DNA from: Klebsormidium nitens
Lineage: Eukaryota; Plantae; Klebsormidiophyceae
Length of the DNA: 64,000 bases
Direction: 5' to 3'
Assembly: GCA_000708835.1 (NCBI GenBank)
Contig: DF237024.1
Location: forward strand, 1 to 64,000
The first letter of the stretch is position 1. Each line of letters opens with the position of its first letter. A model generated the notes under the pieces. It had not been told where the DNA came from. It ran no database searches and saw only the letters and a program-made list of their open reading frames with translations. The translations under genes and the position numbers were made by a program. This document shows positions 25,741 through 38,320 of this stretch, piece after piece.

Positions 25741-28700
25741 ATGGACTCCCCTGTGGCGTCTCTCCCTTTGATCGCCCCACAACCTGGCTTCTTTTGTGGG
25801 ACGGTGCCCGTTCCAACTGCAACGGAGGGCCAGTCGAAGGAGCTGGTCATAGTGCCTGCATCATCAATGGAAGTCGTCAGCGACAGGTGAGCGACCTGTG
25901 ATTCTTATTGTTGACTTTATCAAGTCGTATATGTCTCTTCAAGTTAGATAAAAGAAGTGTGGCATTGGCAATCTAGCTGCGCTTGCCACTATGCGGAGCA
26001 AGAGTGTCTAGTTTCAGGTTTCAGGCTACAAGGGAAAGTCTGAGACGTGGGACATTTGTGTCACATCATCTTGTGTTGAAACACAGAAGTACAACAGTAA
26101 ACTAGATTATCAACCTAGGGGAGTATTCTTTGAACCTGCTGGGCCTAGCATTAAACGATCAATGGGATTGCAATCAGCTCGATCAATTGCTTTCACTTCC
26201 TGTATCTTCCACTGAGATCCAGGAAGACAGACTGTGTGAGTGGTGGTGTATCACCACCACACTGTCAAACCTGTTCCAATCAGCCTCAGGGCTCTGGAAG
26301 TTCCTCATAGCATGCAAGATTGTTAGCACACAACACATTCATGAATGTTTGGGGAAAGAGCTTTGTAGAATTTAGGTGGTCACATCAGTACAATGACTAC
26401 ACAAACCTCAGGTTCAAACTGCAACTATCCAAAGTATCTTTCAATATGCAGCTTGGACGTTTTTCTTGATACACCCTCGCTTGCAAACACGGACGCTAAG
26501 AAGTGACGATCCTAAGGTGGTTGTTGCACCCCTTGCTTTATCACGGTCTTGGAAAAAGAATCATGCTCGTGGCATGATTATTACAGCCATTGTCATCTAT
26601 CCCTCCTGCTGACGTGAACTTACATCTCTCTGCAGTTCCGTGAGCTTGCGGTACAGTTTCCTTCCTGCCGAGATGGACTTGAACGATTTGCCGGCCAACT
26701 GGCTGAAACGGGAGGAGCTGGTGCTACTCGATCCGCAACTGCTGACGGATAAAGAGGCGCCAGACAGGGACTCTGATGGTGAGCTTTCCGCTTTCCTATG
26801 TGGTTTCTCTAGGCGTGCTTGTTTCTTACACTTCGAAACTCTCTCTGTTTTTCGTGTCGTTCTGTATCACCAGATGTCTTCTCAAGCATCCCAGTCTTGA
26901 ACCTTACAAGAGCGTAAGTAGAGAGACCAGTAATCGTGTGATATCCTTGTAACTTGCTACTCTCTCACTTCTCGTTCACTTTGCAACTCGAACGCCCACT
27001 TTGAAGTTGAGCAGTTTTGAGAGTCAGGTGTCCATTCTCCTAAGGAGTAGAGCAAAGGAAACGGAAAATGGTATATAACACAGAATACCGTGTCCAATAG
27101 AGGACGGCAAGTCACACCTTCGGCGCAATATTCTCCAAGCGCGAGGTCAAGGGTGTCAGTTGTTGCTTAGTCCCACTCGACTCAAGTTTTGACCTGGGTA
27201 CAGTAGTTTCTTACCTCAACGACTTTGAAGCCATATTTGCTGCGTGGTTGTGAAAGATTATGCGCAAAGGAACTGGTAAACGTGAGGACTAGTTCTCGGG
27301 ATGCATTTGGACTGTGTTATCTCCACAAATACCGATCCTCCTTTGTTTTCTCCCCATCTTTTTCTGCTTCAACCCTTTCAAGAACTTTCTCGAATCATCT
27401 GCTTTGCAGATCTCTGCCGCAGTTGCAGCAATCGCTCCCTGGCCCAGCCCCTCCCTAAAAAGTGCGAGGATCTGGTGGTCAATGGCCTGGCGGCTTATGG
27501 CGACGAGATCGACTTCATCGCCCCCGCCAGTGTGATGAAGCAGATCTTCAAGACGCCCTACAGCAAAGCGCCAATCTCCGTGGCAGTTCATCGGATTGGC
27601 AAGACGCTGATCCTCAATGACGGGTGAGTAAGCCGCAGGATTATCATTCAAACGCCCGTTCTGTGAGCCTCGGTTTCATCGTCTGTTAGGGTTGTAGCGT
27701 AAGGACTTCTTTGACTTCTGTGTTCATCAGGCCATCTTGGAAAAGCACACCTGCATAATTCCATTGTAAGACCACTTGGTTAACGAATGCCAGATAAGAT
27801 CTTGGTGATTTGAGTCGAGCGTTCGTATCCGTCGAGACATCGTATCCGGGAATTGAAAGCTAGCGCCGGGGGAGTTTGTGGAACAACACTCCCACTCAAG
27901 ACTAGGCCTTCGCCTCTTTCTTTCGAATCAGTCATTCGTCGCGTTCGTGTACTCTGGAATGCTACTGTCTCAGGCCTCGCTTGAAACAACTCGTTCCTCC
28001 TGTTTGCGTCAGCCTCCTCAGAGCACATGATGCAAGACTCCTCATACGTGTCAAATGAAGCTTTCAAACTTGTGCTGTCTTTCGTCTCTCGTGAACGTTT
28101 CGCAAACCTTGATTGCTGGAGCTTCAAAGTATCCGGGGTATCTAAGCCTACCTTTCCCGGTGCAGGCCTGACGCCGTGGAAAGCAAGACCAAGCAGAGCA
28201 GCCAAACAATGACTCTGAACAAAGACCTCTTCTACAAGTTCGTGCACCATTCAGTCGCCTCCGCAGCCCCTTCGTTTAGTTCCAACTCCGAGCCAGGCTC
28301 ATCCCAATCCCCCCAAGAGAACCCTTGCCGTGCTTGGCAGTTTTACTCTGGGGGCAGGGCGCAAAGCGAGCCGTATGTAGAAACGGTGGACAGCCCGGTC
28401 TGCCCGAGCAGCCCCCACAGCACCGGTTTCCAAACTGAGGACGGCGAGGATGATGCCACGTGGCAGCATAACGACAAGCCACGTCCTGCAAAGCGGAGGG
28501 GCTTTGGAAGCAGAAAGCGGGGCAAGCCGGGGTGCGCCCTCGGGAAGCGGGGTGTGACGTCACAGTCCGTTGGCGTGACATCAACTGCGGCGTCGGGCTT
28601 GAAGATCAGCCCGGAGGCTCAGGCTGCGTCAGAAGAGGAGCTGACGTCATCCGAGGCGGAGGATGCTGCAGGAATCCGGGGCCCGAAGGCGAGCGAGCGC

Positions 28701-31700
28701 GAGCGGTTCCTGCGCGTGCTGTTTTGGAAGTTCCGAGAGCTGCAGATGCTGCTGGGGAGCGACCTGCTGCTGTTTGGAAACGACCAGCACAAGGCGGTCA
28801 GCCTGCATCTTATGGAGGTAAGCGTGACTCGTATGATGTACTTGAGAAGTCCGCTTAATGTGCAGGCGAACAAGGTCTCGTCTGCTTTTCTTGTAATGCA
28901 GCAAGTTTGGGGGCATGCCATCTGTCCTTCTTGTTGATGCGAGGCCGCAGGAACCTGCGAATGCTGTCGTACTTAGTTGGGACATTCTTCAAGCAGCTTA
29001 TTGTCGCAAGGGTAGTACCATTTGGTTTGTACACATGGGTTCTGTACACGGCTCTCTTCGAGACGGGGGATTACAGTAACTGGGATTAAACATCGCCCGA
29101 GTATTTTTCATTGATGAGTCGTTTGCGGCCTCTTCGTCCTTGTGTAATATGCCTCCTGGTAGAGTTTGGCGTTGATAGCTCCTGCTGCATTCTCGATTGC
29201 TTCGCCGTTTTCATGAACTGCTTTCTTTCAACTCCCCAGTCCCTGTTGTTGCTTCCGGTTAGCCGAGGCCATGTAATAGACCTTCGCTTCTCCTACGTCG
29301 ATCAAATTTCCTAACGTTTCAAGTCTCTTCATTTTGGCATTCTGCCCCTTTCAGGTGGAACGCCAGATGTCCCCGCTGACGTGGCTCGATGCGTGGCTGG
29401 ACAACATGATGGCCAACGTGCCGGAGCTCGCGGTGTGCTATCACAAGCAGGGGGTTGTCCAGGGCTACGAACTGCTCAAGACCGACGACCTTTTTCTACT
29501 GAAGGGCGTTGGCGCAGACGGCACCATCCCCTTTCACCCCCAAGTGGTGCACGCGAACGCGGCGGCAGTGTTGCAGTTTCTGAGGAAGAACTGCACCAGC
29601 GAGCCGGGGGCCTACTGGGTGAGCGCCGGTGTTCAAAGAGTTCCTTTCCGTTCGCGGCTCTTCGTGCGTGATTAGATTCCCTAAGAGAGCCACTCTATGT
29701 GGTCTCACGAGTGTCTTAGAACATGGTGCAGGCGTACCATCTCTTGAGAATATTCAGAAAGTTGATTCAGAATTGATGCTTCTTTACTTTACAAGGTGGT
29801 CCGGAAAGAATGTGATTTCTGTCCATTATTTTGCGCAGCTTTCAGAATCTTAAGCGGGGTTTTCGCAACGTTGTTGACCTTCTGAATTCCAATCCAGTTC
29901 TGACCCGATGCTTGTAAGGGAGAAAAATGTCAACTAGGATATCAATCGACGTCCGTTGTTTCGTGCAGCTTGTCAAGAACGCTGGCGAGGACCTGATGCA
30001 GCTCTTCGACCTGTCCACCATTTCGGACGACGCCGACGTGTCCGACGCGTCCGACGACGAGGCTTCGCCGCTGCCGGACACCGTCCGCAACCCACGTGGC
30101 CCCGAGAGCTACAAACAGGCGCTCGCTCTGCTGATATACCGGCTCGCATTACAGCTGGCACGGTCGAAGGCGAGCAGCGATCAGCGGCGCAGCGGGAGCC
30201 TGCTGATGCAGTGTCTGGAGCTGATGGAGGAGAAGCACGTGCCGGTAAGCCGTGGTTGCGCCACGTGGCAGTGAGTCGATGTGACAGGTGGCAGTGGGTT
30301 GTTTAGCCAGACCACCTTGAGGTACTGGAATGTCGAGTGTGACGACATTCTGTGCTGAATGGCTGATGGAAAACCCAATCTGATTCGATTCGGTCTTCGA
30401 GCTTCGAACGGAAACGAATTTTCAGTCTTTTCATCGTTCATTAGAGAGCTTGTTAGGCTTCGTTCAGGACAGCTCAGATAAGATTCGTTTGGAGACCCGC
30501 AGACGCTCCAGCTGATGTTTACGTAGAGGAATTGTTCGAGCCCGCTGTACACTGCAACTCGCTTCATTCCCTTGACAAATCACAGGCATTCGAGAAACGG
30601 TAAGTCGTAAGTGGGTTCCTTCGAAGGAAACTCTAGGTCAACAGAATAGGAAGTCGTCGCCTCTCCTTGCAGGACCTGGTCGCAGCTGCCCACGAGCGCA
30701 TGGCCAGGCTGTGCTTAGAGCAGGCCATTCCTCCCCCGCCCACCGGTCCACAGCTTTTACTCGAGGCGGCTCCCAGCAAGCAACTCCTGCTCCCGACCGA
30801 GTCCGGCGTCGGAAATGAGTTTTTACCTGCTCTTGGAGATGGATCGTCGCCCGGAATAGAAAGTGATGAGCAGCCTGCGAAGGTCAGTAGTCCGAGCGAC
30901 GTAAAGAGCAGCATGGGTGACGAACGAAAGGACGAGAGAAGAGAGTCCGCGGGGTTGTCTGAGGAAAGCGCCCGAACAACGGAACGAGAAACAACGGAAG
31001 TGGAAGCGGAAGCAAAGGACGAAAGAGTAGCGACAAGCGCTTCGCAAGAGGCTGGCGTGACGGGTTCTCAACCTGAGCCGGATGAAAGCGGAGGAGTGTC
31101 TGTCCAGGATTCTGGTTCGGACCCTGCAACGGTCAGCGGGGTGGAGAACCCACCGGACAAAGCGGGAAGTTTGGGAGCGAGCCATGATCTCGGTAGAGAA
31201 GGCGAGGAGAGGGTGTCCGCAGACGTCAATTCAACCGAAGGCTCAACGAGCGGTCCTTCCGAAGCCGAGCGAGAAGAGGACATCAACCGCCACGTGTCAG
31301 CGGTTCACCACTTCTCGCAGGCGATCAGAGCGCTACGGGAGGAGTTGACGATGCTCAACTCGAGAAAGTCGGGTAGGCGGCGCCCGAGAAGACACGTCAG
31401 CGGGGACGGTTTAGAGTCGGTTACCGATGGGTTAGGGAGACAGGAGATTTCCGGTACGCAGGAAGAACGGGGATGCAATTGCAAAGGAAGCCGGCACGAG
31501 GCGAGGGTTGTACGCACCGAAGCCAAGATGCAAAAGCTTATGGGCTGCCTGGCCGAGTCGTATCTGGAGTTGGGGAGGGCGTATGAAGGGGATGCACAGC
31601 TGGCACGTGCCCTGAAAGCGGCGGAGATTGCGTCGGTGGTCGGAAGGTTTGTGGATAGAAACGAGGGGCGGCGGCAGATTGCCGGGAAAGAAGTGCCCAG

Positions 31701-34679
31701 GCGGCTGGAAAGCTATGTTCGGGAGTCGGAAGGAAACACCGACGCGAAGGTCGACAATTCGAGGGAAGGGAGTGGTGCCACTCAGAAGGACGAGAGAAGC
31801 AGAGGGATGATGCAATTGCGGAAGGACGGAGGTGATTTGTTGGAAAGGAATACCGAACCAGGAAGAAGGTCGCGACGGAAAGCGTCAGGGGAAGGGACAA
31901 CGGCTAGCGCGGATCGGCGCAGTCTAAGTAGAGGATTCAAAGGCACGAAAGTCGAGTTCTGGGGTGCTCTCTGGGCCTTCGTGGGCGATCTGTACGCAAA
32001 ACTGCAGCGCAGTGGGGGGGAGGAGGCGCTCTTAACGCAACAGGCGGCACTCCTGAGCGGAGCCCCCCGTTTGGAGGAAGCCGTCACGTACGAAGTCGAG
32101 CGGCTGCGGCAGGGTTTGAGGGTTTCGGAAGCGGGCACCCCAGATGGCAGTTCCGGCGGAACGGCCGGAACGAGCGGAAGTAAGAGCGAACGGAAGACGG
32201 TGAGAGGGGGGAGGGCGGCCGCGAGCGACGCGGATCTGCTGTGCTTTGGACGGCCGCTGACCCTCGATTATGACGTCAATCTGACGGCGGCACTGGAAAG
32301 TTACTCGAAGGCGATTGCGGCGATGGAGTCGGAAGACGGAGCAACGGGCGGGGCAAAATGGGAGCTTGCACACAGGCGGATGGGATGGACGTGTAACGAG
32401 CTCGGGCGGAGGTGAGGAAGGGTCTGCGATCACGGGGCTCTCTGTGATCTGAATCTTCTGGTGTCTTCCCAGGGTAGGTTGAGCGTGTGACGAGCTTGGG
32501 CGGGGATTAGGAAGGTTTCCGGGGTACAGTACCCTGAAAACCCGAGGTGTGAGTCTCCTTGTGTCGAGCTTGTCGAATGTTTGCTGGTTGCTTGACGTAA
32601 CATTTTGAATCTGAAAACCCCCGTTCTTCCTGCTCAGGAGCCCGGAAAGCAGGGACAGTGTGCCTTTGCAGTCGTACTTTCTCATTGATCAAGACAGCTT
32701 TTCAAAAGCGGGATGTGAATACGTGCTGTTTGCCCCTACAGGCGGCTGGAGGAAGGGGACATCTCGACGGCAGAGGGCCTGTTCACACAGGCGCTGGGCA
32801 GCTTCGGTGCAGTGAAGGACACAGCGAACGCGGTGCTGGTTCACTGCAACATGGGGCACGCGCGGCGGGGCCAGGCGGAGGCAATGGTGGCAGAGGGGGC
32901 GGCACTAGAGCAGACCCTCGCAGGTGAGACGGGTTCCGCATGAGGTTGTTGCTTTTACACGTTAAAGATTTCATTGTAGGTACGTACTTCTTTTCTGCGG
33001 AAAAAGGAGTAACAAATTATCAGGGGTCGAGGTTAGCAGTTCATTTGTGATGCTGTAGGATATTGCGGAGCAATTGTTTTCCTCCGGATTATGAGTGGAC
33101 TACTGCATTCTCTCGGCCGCTTCGGCGTTCACAGTTAAAAGCGTCTGGAACGGGCCTTCTCACATGCTTGTTACGCTCGTTAAAACATCAAAGACGATAT
33201 TCTCCCTGTTGCAGAGCCTGGTTTGCAAATGCCTTGCTGGCGACGTTTTTGTTGCACTGCAGCCTTTTATTGAAGCTTACCTTTAGCAAAAAACATCTAT
33301 GCGCTCGCCTTCTTTTGGCCGTGCCTGCGGCCCCCTTTTGACACCCCGCTCCTGATCCGGACGTCCAGGCGAGCGGCTCAAGCAGGTCCGCACGGCCCAC
33401 ACCGTTCGGTGCTACCGGCAGGCCCTGTCCCACTACATCGCCGCCCGCGCCGAGCTGCTTTCTCTAGGCGATACCGAGGCACAGCGCAGCTTACGGGGCC
33501 TTTGGACCGAAGCGCACACGCAGCTGGGCCACACGTACCTGCGCTTCGGCATGTTCCTCGCGTCGCTCCCCGCCGACGTCAGCAAGGCTGATGACGTCAG
33601 CAAGGAGGCGCCGAGCGAGCTGCTGACGAAGGCGCTGCACCTGTACGAGTCGCTGGGGCCGGGGCGGGGGCAGGAGGCGGCGTATTCACACTGCCAGCTG
33701 GCGGCGCACTTCCGAGACCGGTGCGTCGGAGAATTTCCGGCGGATACCGGATCTGGGAGCCGGAAACGGAACGAGGACGCACGGGGGAAGCGGTTTGCGG
33801 CGCTCGCGGAACGGCACTGGCAGAAGGCGCTCGAGTATTACAGGGCGGAGTCACACCCGGACATGTACATACAAATTTGTATCCAGAGATCGAGGCTGGC
33901 GCTGAAGTGTGCGGGCAAGGCGCGACCAAGCAACGTAAGTGCGCCGTTGCCCTGCTCGTTGCCTTTCCAACTCTAAGAAGCTGGCCTCAGTCCATGCAGC
34001 AGAAGGAAAGTGTTCGCTGCGAAATCATGCTCTTATGAGATTACGGGAAAAAGCAGGCAAGCTTGCAAGCAGCGTTCGAGTGATATGGTAACAACCAACT
34101 GGTTTTGCATATTTGCAACTCCGATCGGGATTCGTCTTTCTCATCAAGGGCTGGCAACACACTGCTTTTACGGAATTTCAAAGCATGGATGTTACTCGGA
34201 GTCGATTTCTGATGAAGGAGCAGGGAGCCACATAGCATCGATTCGGCAGAAAGCTCCCGTGCCTCGTGTTCAAACCACTCGGTTGGGGATGCATAGGCAC
34301 CTTAAATTCTTGCTAGCGGCACTACTCACAGTGGCTTGTCTTACAGGCGATGGAAGCAGGGCTGTCCCACCTGGCCCGTGTGCCCCAAGTCTTCGAGCCC
34401 CGAGCGAGCGCGCCGGGCTCCAATGACAAATCGGTTAACCAGGCACATCCCAACCCCTCCCCTCAAATATTGGCGGACCTGAAAGGGCACCTTGAGTGGG
34501 TGGCACGAGAGCTGTTACAAGCGTACGTGTCATTTCTCAAGCACAAGAGCTGCCCCGATGCCGATGCCGATGTAGCTAACGAGAAGCTGACGAAGCTCAA
34601 GAGAGTGTACAGGGATCTGTTAAACGCGGATAGTAGTCAGGCCGTTGTCGAGGTTTTGACGAGCATGCTAAATGGTTGA
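25741..34679 (+). CDS. EDRF1: Erythroid differentiation-related factor 1 (EDRF1) homolog, 10 exons
   Basis: Exons 25741-25886 (PGFFCGTVPVPT), ~26636-26778, ~27409-27623 (KQIFKTPYSKAPISVAVHRIGKTLILNDG), ~28166-28817 (FLRVLFWKFRELQMLLGSDLLLF), ~29355-29617 (WLDAWLDNMMANVPELAVCYH), ~29969-30244, ~30672-32411, 32741-32924, 33369-33934, 34347-34679. TPR-like C-terminus. Confidence 0.88.
32484..32515 (+). repeat. Degenerate echo of EDRF1 exon-7 3' end (donor GT lost)
   Basis: cgtgtgacgagcttgggcggggattaggaagg versus 32390-32421 cgtgtaacgagctcgggcggaggtgaggaagg; 27/32 nt. Confidence 0.7.
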
Positions 34680-35619
34680 AAGTTTTGATCAACTTCATAG
34701 ACAATTTGAAGCTTCTGTAAAGAATGTTGGTGACAAAGTTGAAAAGCTGCAGTCAGGACAACGTTGACAATAACGAGCCAAAGACAGGACTAAAGCACTC
34801 GTTAAGTTAGAATGGATAATCTGGCGAAAGCCGTCAGCCTTGTGAGTCAAGAGAGTCGACTGTTCGTGCCCAGAAGTAGACTCGGGGCCGGCTGTAAATC
34901 TGCATCTGCCGGAGTCAAACAGCAATTGCGCCGTATCATTGTTTCTGAGCTTTTCAAAGGCCCGAGTTGATGGTCAAATGCTTCAACTCATTCTGTAGAG
35001 GTTGTTGAGGCCCGGCACGTACCAGCACATCGGGAACGTTTTCCAGCGTGGATGAGGATCAATATACATGCGCATGCAGTGCCTCTCACGCCACTTCGTC
35101 GGAAATGTGCACATCCTTGCATCAGACCTTTTTAGGCATCCACTTGAATATGGCGCGCTGTTTGCTAGCCAAACGTTTCCCCGCAAAATCACTAGCTATC
35201 CGCGCTAGTAATTCCGCCCGGCCCGGCTGGCAGTCGTTGCACTATACATGAATTCTGTACTCGCTCTGCTGTAATCGCGGCTCGGGTCGACGGCCCTCGT
35301 GTCAGCTCGATGCATGCGATCAGGGTGTCCCTGGAATCGCAGCAGGTGATATGAAAAGTCGACAGCTTGGATCAGACCGGTCGGAAACGTCTGGTGATTG
35401 CCCTGCCCAATCAACTGCAGCATGCAGACCGTCCTTCCGATTCATACTTATTACATGGGCTGCATCTTTCTGATCATTTGTAGTTTAAGTTCAATGAGGA
35501 GAAAAGTTGTTAAATGAGCAGTCGCTCGAGGCGTAGCCCTCTGCAAATGGGACCTTCCTTGCGATTATGCGTTGGAAGTGCTACCGTGACGTGGTAAATA
35601 TTCACAGGGAGCGGATCAG

Positions 35620-35765
35620 ACCGGCCGCCAGCCTGGCGGCTGGCGCGCTTGCGCGCGCCATTCTGGCAAGGTTTTGAAGTTGAAACCCTTCAACCCTGCA
35701 GGCGGGCGCGCGCCATATAGCCGCCGGTCGGCCGAGGGGCCGGCCGCCTGGGCGCCACGGCCGAA
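35620..35765. other. GC-rich cluster of short palindromes/hairpins
   Basis: gccgccag-cct-ggcggc, tggcgcgc-tt-gcgcgcgcca, repeated gcgcgcgccat and ccggccgcc; intergenic. Confidence 0.5.
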
Positions 35766-35936
35766 GTTATATAGTAAAGTTCAGGGCGGCCTTTTGAAAG
35801 CAGGGCGCATTGCCTTCTATGTTGTGCGTAAGGGCTTGCTGATGAGGAACTTTAAACATTCTGCGTGCCGCTCTGAGGGACTAGTATAACCCTGTTCAAA
35901 GCCTTCATCGTTTTTTGGACCTCTACGAGTGATAGT

Positions 35937-37221
35937 ATGGCGGCCAGAGCCCTGGCGGTAAGACCTCGCAGCTTCTCAAAGGGATTGGCGTTCGGATCAG
36001 CGACTGTCCCCAAGGGCAGACAGTCACTCGTTCCTCTTCGAGTTATGCGGAAAGAACATGCTAGGATCCGTATCCAACTGGACATGCCGCCATCAGCATA
36101 TGGCCTTTCTGGAGGTGAGCTCGCTCACGTGTACTCCTATCTTGAGATGCACTCTTACCAGCACCACAAAACACAACTGAATCACGCACAATAAGTCGGG
36201 CGCATAGTCCATTAAACTGCAGCTGATAACATGCGGCACATCAATACGCTTGTTTGAGAATATGCCCGTCACTTTCAATTAAGAGGCATAACCACCTTTA
36301 GCCGCAGCAAGCTGACTGCTAGTACTATTGATAGGAAAAGTGTTTGTGCTCAAACTAGACCTTATTTGTTTGCTTCTTCGGTTCTTAACACACTACAGAC
36401 TTTCCGGGAAGTCGACGAGTTAGTTTGTTGGAGCATGGCAAAAAGAGAACGAGCGTGGTAAGTGAGATTTCTCCTCCTAAAACTTTGGAGCAATTGCAGT
36501 TGCTGGATGAAAGCAGCCCTGAAAAGTTGGGTTGCTGGAGTCAAAGAAATCTTACCCCAATTGCTAGTCTGAAAGAGCACGGTTGCCTGTTACATACACA
36601 AGGTTCATGCCGTCCTCTGACGACTGCCAGTGCGTTAGGAATGCTGGCTTCCAATTCCAAGACAGTGTATCTCCATCTAGTACTCGCATCCTCGTGATTT
36701 GCATTGAAGCCGGACACCGAGTTTAGGAACATCAGGCGGCAGGAAATCATGAGCTCGCCAGCCTGGGACGGGCGGGGTTGGTTGATGAGATGAGGGCCAA
36801 TTAGCAGTCTGCGGAGCGGGTATACTGTTGGGTCAGTACGTGTGTTCAGGTGTTGGTTGGGAGCTTGTTGTTTCTGGCCCTTTCAATTCCTGGATATGAA
36901 CATCATGATTTGTTTGCTTTGAGGATCCAGGTGGTTCATGCCCGTTGGCCATTTGATAATTGGTGCGAAGAGGATACCTGCGTAGTCATTTCCCTCGTCG
37001 TAACCCTTGTAGCATCAGTAGCAGCATTGGCGTTGATCGATTTTGATTTCCCTACGGGCTCTTCACGTGGTCACTCTGCCATAGTTCCTGTAGAAAAACT
37101 GAAAGCATTACACGACCCCGGTCTTCCAGCTACTAACAAGGAACAGTCAGCAATTCGGCAGGCCACAGATGGACTCGACGATGATTTCGTCTGCGTTTGC
37201 CGCCATAGGAGAAGCAAGTAG
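35937..37221 (+). CDS. Hypothetical small protein with transit-peptide-like N-terminus and hydrophobic segments
   Basis: Phase-consistent candidate exons 35937-36114 (|GTGAGC), 36399-36457 (CAG|...|GTAAGT) and 36850-37221. Ala/Arg/Ser-rich N-terminus MAARALAVRPRSFSKGLAFGSATV. No family recognised. Confidence 0.38.
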
Positions 37222-38320
37222 GTTGCATACTGTAAAGGGCATGGTTCTTTGCTTCTAATCATGCACGGTAACTTCTTACAGTTCATGAGAGCCGTCGAAT
37301 TAGGAGGGGATCCGGTGCATCTTAGAGTCCCTCGTTCAGAATCCCGGCCTGCATGCCCCTGTCGTCACCCTGTTGTCCGTCACCACCAAGAACGCGATCG
37401 AATGCATCCTGTGGTCGTACAAGGATCAAGGCACAGGAAGCATTACATAGCCGTTTGGCATGAGACACCTCATGCCAGCATTGAACTGAAAGCGATCACG
37501 GTGCGATCGCGCCTGCATGACGGCTTTTTGCAGCATCTGTTTGCGACAGAAATTTGTGCTGTGGTCAAGTATGAGACTTACCATGATGATCATTGGATCG
37601 CCGCCCACCCGGCACTGTGCATGCAATGAGAATCATCAGGGAGTTCCACATGCCGCGCCTAAATGCCCCCCCCCGGGAAACATGTGTGGCGCCAACAATT
37701 CATTTGGAAATGCATGCGCGCGTGGCTCGGGCTTGGCTCGGGCCCGATGTGAGCACGCATGATTGCCAAGTACGTGAATCGTGGTGCCAGATTAAGACCG
37801 AGCAATAACGAATCGGTGCTCCGGCGGGGCCCCCGCAAGTCAGAAGCCATGCATCCGGAGCTTATGGGAGCCTCATCTCTCGCGCTTTTCAAAAACATGC
37901 AAGGTGCACAGACTAGCCTGGGACCTTATTCCTCGGCGAAAGAACTAGACCGCCATTGACGTCTTCACTCGGTTCGTTTACGAGGGTTGTGACAATGCGC
38001 AAACGAGGTTCGAAGGGCAGTTGAGGAAGCAGAACCCGAATGAAGGTCTATCAACGTGAGCAGCCGGATACTCTCTGAGGGACCTCAGTAAGATACTCAG
38101 CGATGCAACCAATAGGAACAGGTATCACCAAGCGGGACGTCCTCACATAAACTGCAACATGTTGGCAAGAATTGGGAAAATATACATATTACGTGGTATT
38201 AGCATGGTAAAAACACGCACTAGTCTCTGCTTATACTCTACAGTGACCTGAATCTGATCTTGGTTGACTTCAATGCACGTTCGATCAAATCTCTCCTAGC
38301 CTGGCACTATTGTCCGTCTG

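Noticed and set aside
34983-35423. Two adjacent minus-strand ORFs (72 and 69 aa) that might be a decayed gene
   Set aside because: No recognisable family or convincing splice sites; indistinguishable from chance ORFs without a search.
37249-37629. 126-aa His-rich plus-strand ORF
   Set aside because: No motif recognised and no clear exon boundaries.
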